This document shows positions 51,912 through 63,128 of a stretch of DNA of 64,000 bases, in pieces (the first letter of the stretch is position 1; each line of letters opens with the position of its first letter). Where the stretch lies: the NCBI GenBank assembly GCA_963729605.1, contig CAVSNY010000007.1, positions 704,001 through 768,000 on the forward strand, in the 5' to 3' direction. This DNA is from an uncultured Gammaproteobacteria bacterium (GTDB lineage: Bacteria > Pseudomonadota > Gammaproteobacteria > DRLM01). Both the position numbers and the translations under genes were made by a program. The notes below the pieces were generated by a model. The model was not told the origin of the DNA, did not search any database, and worked only from the letters and a program-made list of their open reading frames with translations.

Positions 51912-52511
51912 ATGTCAGTTCTAGTCACCAAACCGGCGCCGGACTTCGTGGCGCAAGCCGTCATGGGCGACGGCAGCATCAAGGCCGATTTCAGATTGTC
52001 CGACCTGCGCGGCAAATACGTCGTGCTGTTTTTCTGGCCGCTGGATTTCACCTTCGTCTGTCCCACCGAGATCATCGCCCACGACAAACGCGCCGCGAAA
52101 TTCCGCGAACGCGGCGTCGAGCTGGTCGGCGTCTCCATCGATTCGCAATTCACCCATGCCGCTTGGCGCAACACCCCGGTGGACAAGGGCGGCATCGGTC
52201 CCGTGAGTTTTCCGATGGTGGCCGACGTCAAACACGAGATCACCCGCGCCTATGGCATCGAACATCCGGATGGCGTCGCGCTGCGCGGCTCGTTCCTCAT
52301 CGACCGTGACGGCATCGTGCAGCACCAGGTGGTGAACAACCTGCCGCTGGGCCGCGAAGTGGATGAGATGCTGCGCATGGTCGACGCCCTGCAGTTCGTC
52401 GAGGAACACGGCGAAGTCTGTCCCGCCGGCTGGCAGAAGGGCGACGCGGCGATGAAGCCCGACGCCAAAGGCGTAGCCGATTACCTGGCCAAACACGCCA
52501 AGGAGTTGTAA
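51912..52511 (+). CDS. ahpC: 2-Cys peroxiredoxin (AhpC/TSA)
   Basis: PLDFTFVCPTE, GEVCPAGW. Confidence 0.92.
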   Translation: MSVLVTKPAPDFVAQAVMGDGSIKADFRLSDLRGKYVVLFFWPLDFTFVCPTEIIAHDKRAAKFRERGVELVGVSIDSQFTHAAWRNTPVDKGGIGPVSFPMVADVKHEITRAYGIEHPDGVALRGSFLIDRDGIVQHQVVNNLPLGREVDEMLRMVDALQFVEEHGEVCPAGWQKGDAAMKPDAKGVADYLAKHAKEL

Positions 52512-52561
52512 ACGTTGCGCGCGTGATCGCGTGAATTTGTAAATTTTATAATTCGATTATC

Positions 52562-52590
52562 ACGCCCATCCATGGATGGGCGTTTTTTTT
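52562..52590 (+). terminator. Rho-independent terminator after the peroxiredoxin gene
   Basis: ACGCCCATCCATGGATGGGCGT hairpin with T8 tail. Confidence 0.85.
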
Positions 52591-52871
52591 GAAAACTTCC
52601 GCTCTATCCTCTACAATCGATGGCGATGTGATTTTTTCCAAGTCTCAAGTCGCATCCATGTTCAATGCTTCCGCATGGGAGCTCAACAGTTCCGCAAGCG
52701 CTTATTCTGAAGTTTTTTAACCCGCCGGCCCGGTCTGAGAGTTGCGAAGACCTTGCGCTACGGCGGTCCCTTTTAAATCTCGATTCAAACGGCAAAGCCC
52801 AAGGCTAGGCCCGTCACCCTTAAAGCGATTGTTCGCTTTTGTCCTCCGTCATCAATCGAAAGGAATCATCG

Positions 52872-55076
52872 ATGAACATCACCAAACCCAAGAAGACGAA
52901 AAGCAAAGACGTCCAAAAGCCGACCACCGCCAAGGTGAATGATCTGGCGCAAGACACCACGGACGCCACTGACGCCTATCTCACCACCAACCAGGGCGTG
53001 CGCATCAACGATAATCAGAATTCACTCAAGACCGGCGAGCGCGGCCCGACCCTGCTGGAGGATTTCATCTTCCGCGAAAAAATCACTCACTTCGATCATG
53101 AGCGCATTCCCGAGCGCATCGTGCACGCGCGCGGTGCCGCGGCGCACGGTTACTTCCAGGTCTATCAGTCGATGGCGCAATACACCAAGGCCAAGTTTCT
53201 GCAGGACCCCGCGGTAAAGACGCCGGTGTTCGTGCGCTTCTCCACCGTCGCGGGTTCGCGCGGTTCCACCGATCTGGCCCGCGACGTGCGCGGTTTCGCC
53301 GTCAAGTTTTATACTGAAGAAGGTGTTTACGATCTGGTCGGCAACAACATTCCGGTATTTTTTATCCAGGACGCCATCAAGTTTCCCGACCTAGTCCACG
53401 CCGTCAAACCGGAGCAGCACAACGAAATTCCGCAGGCGGCGTCGGCGCACGATACCTTCTGGGATTTCATTTCCTTGATGCCGGAAGCCATGCACATGAT
53501 CATGTGGGTGATGTCGGACCGGGCGATCCCACGTAGCTACCGTATGATGGAAGGCTTCGGCGTCCACACCTTCCGTTTCATCAATGAAAAGGGCAAAGGG
53601 TGTTTCGTCAAATTCCATTGGAAGCCGTTGCTCGGCGTGCACTCGGTGTTGTGGGACGAGGCGATCAAGATTTCCGGCAACGACCCGGATTTTCATCGCC
53701 GCGATTTATGGGAAGCGATCGAAAACGGCGATTATCCCGAATTCGAATTCGGCGTGCAGATCGTCGAGGAAAAGGACGAACACAAATTCGGCTTCGATCT
53801 GCTCGATCCCACCAAAATTATTCCCGAGGAGCTGGTGCCGGTGCAGCGCATCGGCAAGCTCACGCTCAACCGCAATCCCGACAACTTTTTCGCCGAGACC
53901 GAGCAGGTGGCTTTTCATCCCGGCCACATCGTTCCCGGTATCGATTTCACCAACGACCCCCTGCTGCAAGGGCGATTGTTCTCCTATCTCGACACGCAAT
54001 TGAAGCGCCTGGGCGGCCCTAACTTTCACGAAATTCCGATCAACCGCCCGACCGTGCCGGTGCATAACAATCAGCGCGACGGCCATATGCGGCAGACCAT
54101 CAACAAAGGCCGTGTCGCCTATGAACCCAATACCTTGGCCGGCGGCTGTCCGTTTCAGGCAATGAGGAGCGAGGGCGGTTTTGTAAGCCACGCCGAGCGC
54201 ATCGACGCCAATAAGGTGCGGGCGCGCAGCGAGAGTTTCTTCGACCACTTCAGCCAGGCGGCCTTATTCTTCAACAGCCAATCGGCGCCGGAGCAGAACC
54301 ACATCGTCAATGCCCTGCGTTTTGAATTGGGCAAAGTGGAAACGGTAGCGATCCGCGAACGCATGGTTTATATGCTGGCCCAAGTCGACAAGACATTGGC
54401 GAACCGGGTTGGGGAAGGTCTGGGCATTGGCGTGCCGGCCGGCGTCGAGGGACCGCTCAATCAAAGTATCCCGGCGGACGGCGACCCCAAAAAATTTCAG
54501 CCCAAGCGCGTCGCCAAAAACATCGGCGTTTCACCGGTGCTGAGCATGGCCGCCACACCGAAGGATACTATCAAGACCCGCAAAGTGGCGGTGCTGGCGG
54601 CGGACGGCTTCGACGCCGCGGCCCTGGCCGCCGTCAAGCAGGAATTGATGAAGGCCGGTGCGCAAGTCAAATTGATCGCGCCGCGGCTCGGCCAGCTGAA
54701 AGGCGGCAACGGCGAAGAAGTGAAAATCGATTTCAGTTTTCTCACCTGCGCATCGGTATTATTCGATGCCGTCTATGTGCCGGGCGGTGAACGCAGCATC
54801 GAGACACTGAAGGGCACGCCCAAGGCGCTGCACTTCATCAATGAGGCCTTCAAGCATTGCAAGGCGATTGCGGTCACCGGCGCGGCGGTGGATTTGCTGC
54901 AGGCGACGTATCTCGCCGACAAGATTCCCGACGCGAGTCGCAAAGGTGTGACCTTGGATGAAGGTGTGGTGATCAGCCGCGATGCGCCGCCGGCCAAGGT
55001 CGCGGCGGAATTCATCGGGGCCATCGCGCAACACCGGCACTGGAGCCGCGAACAGCACGACCACGTGCCGGCTTGA
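52872..55076 (+). CDS. katE: Large-subunit catalase HPII
   Basis: FDHERIPERIVHARG, RLFSYLDTQ, C-terminal DJ-1-like domain. Confidence 0.95.
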   Translation: MNITKPKKTKSKDVQKPTTAKVNDLAQDTTDATDAYLTTNQGVRINDNQNSLKTGERGPTLLEDFIFREKITHFDHERIPERIVHARGAAAHGYFQVYQSMAQYTKAKFLQDPAVKTPVFVRFSTVAGSRGSTDLARDVRGFAVKFYTEEGVYDLVGNNIPVFFIQDAIKFPDLVHAVKPEQHNEIPQAASAHDTFWDFISLMPEAMHMIMWVMSDRAIPRSYRMMEGFGVHTFRFINEKGKGCFVKFHWKPLLGVHSVLWDEAIKISGNDPDFHRRDLWEAIENGDYPEFEFGVQIVEEKDEHKFGFDLLDPTKIIPEELVPVQRIGKLTLNRNPDNFFAETEQVAFHPGHIVPGIDFTNDPLLQGRLFSYLDTQLKRLGGPNFHEIPINRPTVPVHNNQRDGHMRQTINKGRVAYEPNTLAGGCPFQAMRSEGGFVSHAERIDANKVRARSESFFDHFSQAALFFNSQSAPEQNHIVNALRFELGKVETVAIRERMVYMLAQVDKTLANRVGEGLGIGVPAGVEGPLNQSIPADGDPKKFQPKRVAKNIGVSPVLSMAATPKDTIKTRKVAVLAADGFDAAALAAVKQELMKAGAQVKLIAPRLGQLKGGNGEEVKIDFSFLTCASVLFDAVYVPGGERSIETLKGTPKALHFINEAFKHCKAIAVTGAAVDLLQATYLADKIPDASRKGVTLDEGVVISRDAPPAKVAAEFIGAIAQHRHWSREQHDHVPA

Positions 55077-55102
55077 TGCGGCGCGCCGAGTTCAGCCGCC
55101 GG

Positions 55103-56770
55103 TTAAGACGCTGACCGGCGGCTGAACGATTCGGGGCGCCATGGATCGTCTTGGGCCGTGTCCGCCGCCGCGCCGCGCCGGATGATCTCCACCGCCTGCT
55201 CCACCGCCTGCTGCAATTGCGGCGTGGCCGCCGTGTGTTCGCGATCTTTGCCGTAACAAAGCCGCTGCACGGCGTGCACCGTCGCGCGTAGCGCGGTGTC
55301 GCCGCCGTTGCGTTGTTCCCAGTTGCGTAAACCCAGCTCGAGGCTGGCGCTGCCGAAGGCGGCGAGCAGGCGCGCTTGCAACGGATGCGGCGCGTGCGCG
55401 GGTTTGATCGCCGCGCCGTGCTGCGCTGGTTTGACCGGCGCGGCCGTTTTGCTCGGCGCGCGGCTTCGCCACCACAGCGCGGCGGTGGCCAGCCACAGCA
55501 GCGCGAAAAACGCCGTGCCGATCTGCCAGCCGCGCGTATCCACACTGAGACCGGACGTGCTGAATGAAGACGGCTCGTTTGCCGCGCGGTCGGCGGCGGC
55601 CATCACCGGCGCCGCGGCGGCCCGCGCATCGCCGCCGATTTCAAGACGCGGCCCCGCCAGTTCGGCGACATCCAGTACGCCGCGTTCGGTATCGAAATAC
55701 GGTACGCGCACCGGCGGCAGGTCGATGCCGCCGGCATTTTGCGGCAGCGCGGAGAAACTGTAACGCACGGCGGTGGTCACGCCGTCGGCGCCGACTTCGC
55801 TCTCGCGCTGGGCCCGATCCGCGTAAAGTTTGACGGGATCGGGCACGGCCGGCAGCGGCAGATTATCGGGCAAGGCGAAACGGCTGAAGGCGCCGCTGAC
55901 CGTCACCGTCCAGGTGCTGAATTGATTGACCGCGGGGGCCGGTGTCGGCGGGGTCTGCGTGAGTTGCGGCATACCGACGATTAAATTTTCGTCCACCGTT
56001 GCGGGCAGGGCTTGCACCTGCACGGTCGCCGGTTGATGGGGCAGGCGCAGTTTGCGGTCGGCGGCGGTAACGATCCACACGTCGGGCAGCACGATTTTCA
56101 GCGCACCGCTCTCTTTGGGAAAAATTGCCCAGGCGGTGCGCATCACTTGATAAGGCGCGCCGTTGACGATTTCTTCGCGCTGGCTTTGCGGCAGTTCTCG
56201 GTGTTCCAATAGTTCGATGCGGGTCGGCTCGGTGTCGATGTATTCGCCGAGGCTGGCGCTCTTGAGCGGCACGCGGTGATAGACGTCGAGCCAGGCCACC
56301 AGATGTTCGCGTTGCCAGACTTGCGATTTGCTCACGCCGCCGCGGCTGAAGACCTCGGGCAAGGCATCGGGGGCGAGACTGCTCACTTGAATTCTGAGCG
56401 GCGCGCTACTGAGGCCATCGATATGAAAGGCGGGCAAGGTGAAACTGCCGCCGCGGCGCGCAAACAATTCCACGCTGAGTTCGGAGGTGGAGCGGCCGCG
56501 GCCGAGATCGACGTTGTAGCGGTGGGCGACTTGCGGTTTGCCGACGTCGAAGTCCTTGGCCAGCACGCTCAAGTCGATGTTGGGCGCCACGCCCTCGGCG
56601 CGCAAACGGGTCTCGCTGTTGATCAGCGTCAACGTCAGCGTCACCGGTTCGCCCAAGGCGACCGCGTTGCGGTCGATGCGCGCGGTGAACTCGGCGGCGG
56701 CCGAGACCGTGCTGAACAAGAGGCTCAACAAGCCGCACACCCATCGCCGCCGGTACTGCGTCATCACCAC
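55103..56770 (-). CDS. BatD-family protein
   Basis: Signal peptide, Ig-like repeats, PYFDT, TM helix; last gene of the MoxR-vWA operon. Confidence 0.8.
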   Translation of the reverse strand: MVMTQYRRRWVCGLLSLLFSTVSAAAEFTARIDRNAVALGEPVTLTLTLINSETRLRAEGVAPNIDLSVLAKDFDVGKPQVAHRYNVDLGRGRSTSELSVELFARRGGSFTLPAFHIDGLSSAPLRIQVSSLAPDALPEVFSRGGVSKSQVWQREHLVAWLDVYHRVPLKSASLGEYIDTEPTRIELLEHRELPQSQREEIVNGAPYQVMRTAWAIFPKESGALKIVLPDVWIVTAADRKLRLPHQPATVQVQALPATVDENLIVGMPQLTQTPPTPAPAVNQFSTWTVTVSGAFSRFALPDNLPLPAVPDPVKLYADRAQRESEVGADGVTTAVRYSFSALPQNAGGIDLPPVRVPYFDTERGVLDVAELAGPRLEIGGDARAAAAPVMAAADRAANEPSSFSTSGLSVDTRGWQIGTAFFALLWLATAALWWRSRAPSKTAAPVKPAQHGAAIKPAHAPHPLQARLLAAFGSASLELGLRNWEQRNGGDTALRATVHAVQRLCYGKDREHTAATPQLQQAVEQAVEIIRRGAAADTAQDDPWRPESFSRRSAS

Positions 56771-58548
56771 GGTTTACCCTCCATCATCTTCACGTGCGAC
56801 CCCAAATCGTCTTCGCGGAAACGCCAGCGCAAAAATTCCGCGTTGTTGTCGCGCAAGGCGTCCAGTTCGATCGGAGTGCCGCCTAGTCCAGCACCGGCCT
56901 CGCGCCATAAGGCCAAGGTTTTTTCGAGGCGCGCCGCATCGGTTGCCGTGGACTGTTGAGGCTCGCGCAGCGCTTGCGCGGCGTTGGCGCGTGCGCGCTG
57001 TTGGCGCGGATCACCCGCGGGCGCCGACCCGGCGGCGCTGCCGCTGTCCAACGCGTCGCCGCGACCGGAGGGTGTGCTCTCCGCGCGTTCGCTGCCCTCA
57101 CCGCCCAGATTCGCGGCCGCTTGCTCCGCGTCTTTGCGTTCGCGCTGACCGCGCCGTGCGTCGAGGAATTGGTTGACCAGACTGAGGTTGAGCGCGGCCT
57201 GCGATAAATTGGGTTTCAAGCGCAGCGCCGCTTGATAACGTTCACTCGCCTGTTTGAAACGTTCGAGCCGCGCCAGGGCATTGCCGGCGTTGTAAAGCGC
57301 GTGGGCTTTTTCATCGGCGTTTTCCGTTTGGCGCGCGGCCTTTTCAAAGGCGGCGAGGGCGGCGGTCCAGTCCTGCGCGCGATAAGCGGCGGTGCCCTCG
57401 CCCAGCCAGCCGCGGTAGTTTTTCACTTGGCCATAGAGTTTTTGCGCTTGGGCGTAGTCGCGTTTTTGCAGCGCGTCATAGGCGTCACGTTCGGTCCATG
57501 GCGCCGCTTCGCCGGACGGCGGCGCGATGATGAGCAACGGCAGGATCAGCATCGCCAGTGCCTCGCGGCGGCGCGCGCCAGCCCACAAAAATAAGACGAG
57601 ACTGGCAACCAGCGGCGCGATGTAGAGCGGCACGCTCTCCACCGCGGCGGCCGGCGAGGCCAAGCGCCCGGCGTGGGTGGCGGCGCGCAAGGCGGCGATG
57701 AGTTCGCGCCATTCGCTATTATCCTCGCGCAGCTCGACGTAATGGCCGCCGCCGTCACGCGCCAATTGCTGGAGGCGCGCGCGGTCGAGACGCGACATCA
57801 CCACCTGATCGTCGTAACGCATGAAATGACCGGCCAGGTCGGGCACCGGTCCGCCGCTGGCCGTGCCGGCGCCGACGGTGAACAGCGGAATACCCTGGCC
57901 GCGCAAGCGTGCCGCGGCGGAGGCGGCTTCGGCGTCGTGAAATTCGCCGTCGCTGATCAGCAGCGCGGCGCGGCTGTCGCGCGGGCTGTTTGCCAGCAAT
58001 TGGCCGGCGATCTCGGTGGCGCGCTCGAGATTGGAACCGGCTTTGGCGGTGAGGCCGGGGTCGAGCAAGTCGACGAATTGCAAAAAGGCGTCGCGGTCGG
58101 CGGTGAGCGGCAGCGCCGGGTACGCATTCGCGGAAAACACCACCAGGCCGAGCCGGTCGCCGCCGAGCTGGGCGATCAAATCGCGCACCTCGTGTTTGAC
58201 CCGCGCCAGCCGGCTGGGCGCGAGATCGGCCACCGCCATCGACGGCGAAATATCGATGATCACCGCCAGGTCGATGCCGCGGGTTTCGGCGGGTGCGGCG
58301 GCGCGGCTCCAATACGGACCGGCCACCGCCACCGCGGCGAGTAGCCAGGCGATGAGAAATAGCTTGCCGGGACCGGCGCCGACGCTGGGTCCCACCAGCA
58401 AGCCGCGCAATAAATGCGGGTCGGCGTAGGCGGCGAGCCGCGCCGGCGGACGTGCGCGGCGGCGCCAGTATTGCAGCAGCCAGGGTAGCGCGGCCAGCGC
58501 CAGCCAGGCCGGTTCGCGCCAATGCAGCCCGTTCAACCAGTCCATCAT
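56764..58548 (-). CDS. vWA + TPR protein (BatB/BatC-like)
   Basis: DISPSM..DLAPSRL, ISDGE, YNAGNAL TPR, C-terminal PW. Confidence 0.85.
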   Translation of the reverse strand: MMDWLNGLHWREPAWLALAALPWLLQYWRRRARPPARLAAYADPHLLRGLLVGPSVGAGPGKLFLIAWLLAAVAVAGPYWSRAAAPAETRGIDLAVIIDISPSMAVADLAPSRLARVKHEVRDLIAQLGGDRLGLVVFSANAYPALPLTADRDAFLQFVDLLDPGLTAKAGSNLERATEIAGQLLANSPRDSRAALLISDGEFHDAEAASAAARLRGQGIPLFTVGAGTASGGPVPDLAGHFMRYDDQVVMSRLDRARLQQLARDGGGHYVELREDNSEWRELIAALRAATHAGRLASPAAAVESVPLYIAPLVASLVLFLWAGARRREALAMLILPLLIIAPPSGEAAPWTERDAYDALQKRDYAQAQKLYGQVKNYRGWLGEGTAAYRAQDWTAALAAFEKAARQTENADEKAHALYNAGNALARLERFKQASERYQAALRLKPNLSQAALNLSLVNQFLDARRGQRERKDAEQAAANLGGEGSERAESTPSGRGDALDSGSAAGSAPAGDPRQQRARANAAQALREPQQSTATDAARLEKTLALWREAGAGLGGTPIELDALRDNNAEFLRWRFREDDLGSHVKMMEGKPW

Positions 58549-59537
58549 GACGGCAACACCCCGCCGGCGCGGCGGCGCTGGCCGGCGAGCAGGAGCAGCA
58601 GGCCGGCCAGCAGCGGCAGCCAATAGACCTCGTGGGGCGTGCCGAGCCGGGCCAGTTTGACGTTGACGGTTTCGAGGGCGTCGATGTCTTTGACGATTTG
58701 CTGCAGCGCGCCGCCGTCGCGCGCCCGGTAAAAACGCCCGCCGCTTTCTTCGGCGAGCTGTTTCAACAAGGTTTCGTCGATGGGCAGTTCCGCGAGGCCG
58801 AGGCGATTATTGGGGCCGCTGGGAAACGGCACCCGGCCGTCCCTGCCCACCGCCACGGCGTAAATGCGCACGTGATATTGGCGGGCCAGCGCCAGCGCGC
58901 GCGAGGGGGTGATGCCGCCGGTGGTGTTGGCGCCGTCGGTGAACAGCAGCACGATGCGCGCGGCGGGCGGCCGTTCGCGCAGGCGTTTCACCGCCAGCGC
59001 CACCGCGTCGCCGAGCGCGGTCTTTTCGCCGGCGATGCCGTGTTCGACTTCGCGCAACAGATTGCGCACCAAATCCAAGTCGTGGGTGACCGGGCTGAGG
59101 GTGAGCGCCTCGCCGGCGAACACGATCAAGCCGGCGCGGTCGCCTTGGCGTTGCGCGAGCAATTCATCGACGGTGTTTTTGACGACGGTGAGGCGGTCGG
59201 TGGGACGCTGGTCGATGACGAAATCCTGGGCGCGCATCGAGCCGGAGATGTCGATGGCGAGCATGAAATCCCGCGCCGGGTATTCGCCGGGCAACAAGTC
59301 GATCCACTGCGGCCGGGCGAGGGCCAGCACCAGCAGGCTGCACGCCGTCAGCCACCACCACGGCCAGCGGCGCGGGCGCGGCGGCGCGGCGGCCGCGAGC
59401 TGCGCGAGCAAGGCGGCGTGCGGATGAAACAAGGCGGCGCGCGGCGCCGGCCGCCCCGGCCAGCGGCGCAGCGCCCACCACGCCAGCCACGGCAGCGGCA
59501 AGGCCAACAGCCAGCCGGCGGCGGCGAACTCAAACAT
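58545..59537 (-). CDS. vWA-domain protein (BatA-like)
   Basis: LARPQW, DISGSM, TALGDA, FTDGANT. Confidence 0.88.
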   Translation of the reverse strand: MFEFAAAGWLLALPLPWLAWWALRRWPGRPAPRAALFHPHAALLAQLAAAAPPRPRRWPWWWLTACSLLVLALARPQWIDLLPGEYPARDFMLAIDISGSMRAQDFVIDQRPTDRLTVVKNTVDELLAQRQGDRAGLIVFAGEALTLSPVTHDLDLVRNLLREVEHGIAGEKTALGDAVALAVKRLRERPPAARIVLLFTDGANTTGGITPSRALALARQYHVRIYAVAVGRDGRVPFPSGPNNRLGLAELPIDETLLKQLAEESGGRFYRARDGGALQQIVKDIDALETVNVKLARLGTPHEVYWLPLLAGLLLLLAGQRRRAGGVLPS

Positions 59538-60003
59538 GCGGGGTCTCCGCCGTCAGCCAGCGGTGGGCGCGTTCGAAGAGCTCCGGCGGCAGCGGCCGCT
59601 CGCGTTGCCGCCGGTAGCGTTGGCGGTCGAGTTGTTGCAGTGTGTCGCGCCACAAGGACGCGTCGTCGATCGTGGCGGGCGGATTGTCGTCCGAGAGTTG
59701 CGCGAGACCCAGCCCGCGCCGCAGCACGGTGGCGAGACGGTACGCCGCGTCGCGGTCGTCGATTTGTTTCGCCTCCCACGCCGAGCGTAACGCACTCAAA
59801 GCGGCCAGCGCGTCACCGCGGAGATCGCCGCTGGGCGCGGTGCGCCGACGCCGGCGAGCGACCCGCCAGGCGACCAGCGCGATTATCGCGATGAACGCGA
59901 TGAACGCGAACGCGGCGAGCAGCCATAACCACCACGGCGTCGCGGCGGGCGGCGCGGGCGGGATGATGTCGGCGAGGCGTTGGAGGGTGTCGTCGCCGTT
60001 CAT
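59530..60003 (-). CDS. DUF4381-like membrane protein
   Basis: LADIIPP..WW plus TM helix; operon position. Confidence 0.7.
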   Translation of the reverse strand: MNGDDTLQRLADIIPPAPPAATPWWLWLLAAFAFIAFIAIIALVAWRVARRRRRTAPSGDLRGDALAALSALRSAWEAKQIDDRDAAYRLATVLRRGLGLAQLSDDNPPATIDDASLWRDTLQQLDRQRYRRQRERPLPPELFERAHRWLTAETPHV

Positions 60004-60887
60004 AAGGCCTCGCGCATCTGGCTGAACGCGTCGCGGTGTGTGTAAACGGTTTGCAGGCGGATGCCGGTGTTATCGCAGAGGCGGCGCAGCGCGGCCGCGC
60101 GTTCCGCCATCGCGGCGGCGTAACGTTCGCGCAGGACTTTGTCGCCGGTGTCGATGAGATGGATGTGGCCGTTGCCCGCCGTCAAGCGCAAGCGGCCGGC
60201 GTCGGGCAAGTGTTCTTCCGCCGGATCGATGATTTGAAAGAAGATGACTTCGCACTGAGCCGCCAGGCGCCACAACTGCGCGCGCTGGCCGTCGTCCACG
60301 CCGAGCAGGTCGCTGATCACGCAGACGGTGGTGCCGCGGCTGACGTTGTGGCGCAAATCGCCCCACACCGCCGGCCAGTCGGCGGCGTCGCGCGGATCGG
60401 CGCCCGGCGCGGCGCAGGCGGCGCGCAGCATCGGCAGAATGCCGTCCAAACGGCGGGCGGCGGCGTAGGCGCGTTCGCGGCGGCCGTCGAGCACCAGGCC
60501 GGCGACCTGTTCCTGTTGCGCGAGCGCGGAGAAGGCGAGGATCGCCGCGACCCGCGCCGCGGTGGCGGCCTTGGTTTCGACACGGGTGCCGAAGTGCATG
60601 GCGGGACCGCGGTCGATGAGCAGATACAGCAGGCGCTGCCGTTCCTCGCGGAACACCTTGGTCATGGGACGGCCGCTGCGGGCGGTGGCGCGCCAATCCA
60701 TGTGCCGCACGTCATCGCCGGCCTGATAGGCGCGCAAATCGTCCAGCTCCATCCCGCGCCCGCGAAAGATCGAGCGCGCCGCGCCCGACCACGGACTCGC
60801 CACCGCGCGCCGCGGCGCGTGACGGCGCAGCAGGGTTTGCCGTTGCAGCTGTTCGAGTTCGGCGAGGGTGAGAAGGGGGGTGTCCAT
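60000..60887 (-). CDS. DUF58 protein
   Basis: GRGMELDDLRAYQAGDDVRHMDW, ISD. Confidence 0.9.
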   Translation of the reverse strand: MDTPLLTLAELEQLQRQTLLRRHAPRRAVASPWSGAARSIFRGRGMELDDLRAYQAGDDVRHMDWRATARSGRPMTKVFREERQRLLYLLIDRGPAMHFGTRVETKAATAARVAAILAFSALAQQEQVAGLVLDGRRERAYAAARRLDGILPMLRAACAAPGADPRDAADWPAVWGDLRHNVSRGTTVCVISDLLGVDDGQRAQLWRLAAQCEVIFFQIIDPAEEHLPDAGRLRLTAGNGHIHLIDTGDKVLRERYAAAMAERAAALRRLCDNTGIRLQTVYTHRDAFSQMREAL

Positions 60888-60936
60888 GGTCGATAGCAAA
60901 ATGCGTGGGCCTTCCAGGATTCGCAGGGTCAGTCAT

Positions 60937-61098
60937 TGTAGCCTGGGTTGAGCGGGGTGAAACCCGGGGCGCACCGTCCGAGAGCCGCCAACCGGTTTCG
61001 CAAAAAACACTCAACGCAGGCTGCGCGGGTTTACATATTTTCCTCAGAAAATATTAAGCCATGCTCCGCGGTTTTTGGTGCATGGAATGCACCCTACA
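60937..61098. repeat. GTAG-type REP-like palindromes between moxR and DUF58
   Basis: TGTAGCCTGGGTT..AACCCGGG and GGTGCATGGAATGCACCCTACA. Confidence 0.5.
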
Positions 61099-61111
61099 TT
61101 TTGTTTGTTCG

Positions 61112-62083
<972 letters not shown>

Positions 62084-62228
62084 GTTTGTTCGCTGGCTTA
62101 TAAAAATTATGGCGGGTTATGATACCGCATTATTTTGTCCGCCGGTTCCGGCGGGTGCACCTTTATAGGCGCGGGTTTGCGCGGTGCGCCGCGGTTTCGG
62201 CGCGGGCGATCAACTAACGGGGATGGGA

Positions 62229-63053
62229 ATGACGGAGCGTAATCAAGGCTGGTTATTGGTCGTGCCGGTGTTGGCGGTCGTGGCGTTGGCGGCCGCCGCG
62301 GCGTGGTGGGCGGGCGCGGCGCGCCATGCGAGCGGTGAGCGCGATGCGCAGGCCGGCCGGCCGCAGAGCATCACTAATAGCGTCGGCATCGAACTGGTGG
62401 CGATCCCCGGCGGCAGCTTCAGCATGGGCAGCGCGCCCGGTCAGGGTGCCGCCGACGAGATGCCGGCGCGCACCGTGCAGGTGGCGCCGTTTTATCTCAG
62501 TAAATACGAGGTGACCCAGGCCCAGTTCCAAGCGGTGATGGGCTACAATCCCAGCGCCTTTGCCAATCCGCAACGGCCGGTGGATCAGGTGACCTGGCTG
62601 GAGGCGCAGTCCTTCATCGAGGCGCTGAACCGCGCCGAGAACACCCCGCTTTATCGCCTGCCTTCCGAGGCGGAATGGGAATACGCCGCCCGCGCCGGCA
62701 GCGACGCGCCGTGGTTTTTCGGCAACGACAGCGGCAGGCTGGATCGTTACGCCTGGTTCGGCCGGAGTGGCGACGTCGGTACCCGGCCGGTGGGCCGCGG
62801 CGCGCCCAATCCCTGGGGCTTGTACGACATCTACGGCAATGTCTGGGAGTGGGTGCAGGATTGCTGGCACGAAGATTACGCCGCCGCGCCGCCGACCGGC
62901 GGGGTGTGGTCGGGCGGCGATTGCGGCCTGCGCATGTTGCGCGGCGGCGGCTGGAACAGCCCCGCCGATTTCGCCCGCTCGGCGGTGCGCGGCAGTTACG
63001 CGCCGCATTTGAACGATGCCGCCAACGGCTTTCGCCTGGCGCGTTCCCGCTAG
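62229..63053 (+). CDS. Membrane-anchored formylglycine-generating-enzyme (SUMF1) family protein
   Basis: F.MGS, EVTQ, RLPSEAEWEYAARAG, GNVWEW, GFRL. Confidence 0.88.
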   Translation: MTERNQGWLLVVPVLAVVALAAAAAWWAGAARHASGERDAQAGRPQSITNSVGIELVAIPGGSFSMGSAPGQGAADEMPARTVQVAPFYLSKYEVTQAQFQAVMGYNPSAFANPQRPVDQVTWLEAQSFIEALNRAENTPLYRLPSEAEWEYAARAGSDAPWFFGNDSGRLDRYAWFGRSGDVGTRPVGRGAPNPWGLYDIYGNVWEWVQDCWHEDYAAAPPTGGVWSGGDCGLRMLRGGGWNSPADFARSAVRGSYAPHLNDAANGFRLARSR

Positions 63054-63128
63054 CGTGCGAGGGTGGGACAGTTGCCGGGCGGCTTGCTATACTCAGCGGC
63101 TATTTTGAGTCAGGGGCTTGGCCGGGGA

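Noticed and set aside
62940-63053. DGR variable region in the FGE/C-type-lectin-fold gene
   Set aside because: No template repeat or reverse transcriptase is visible in the window.
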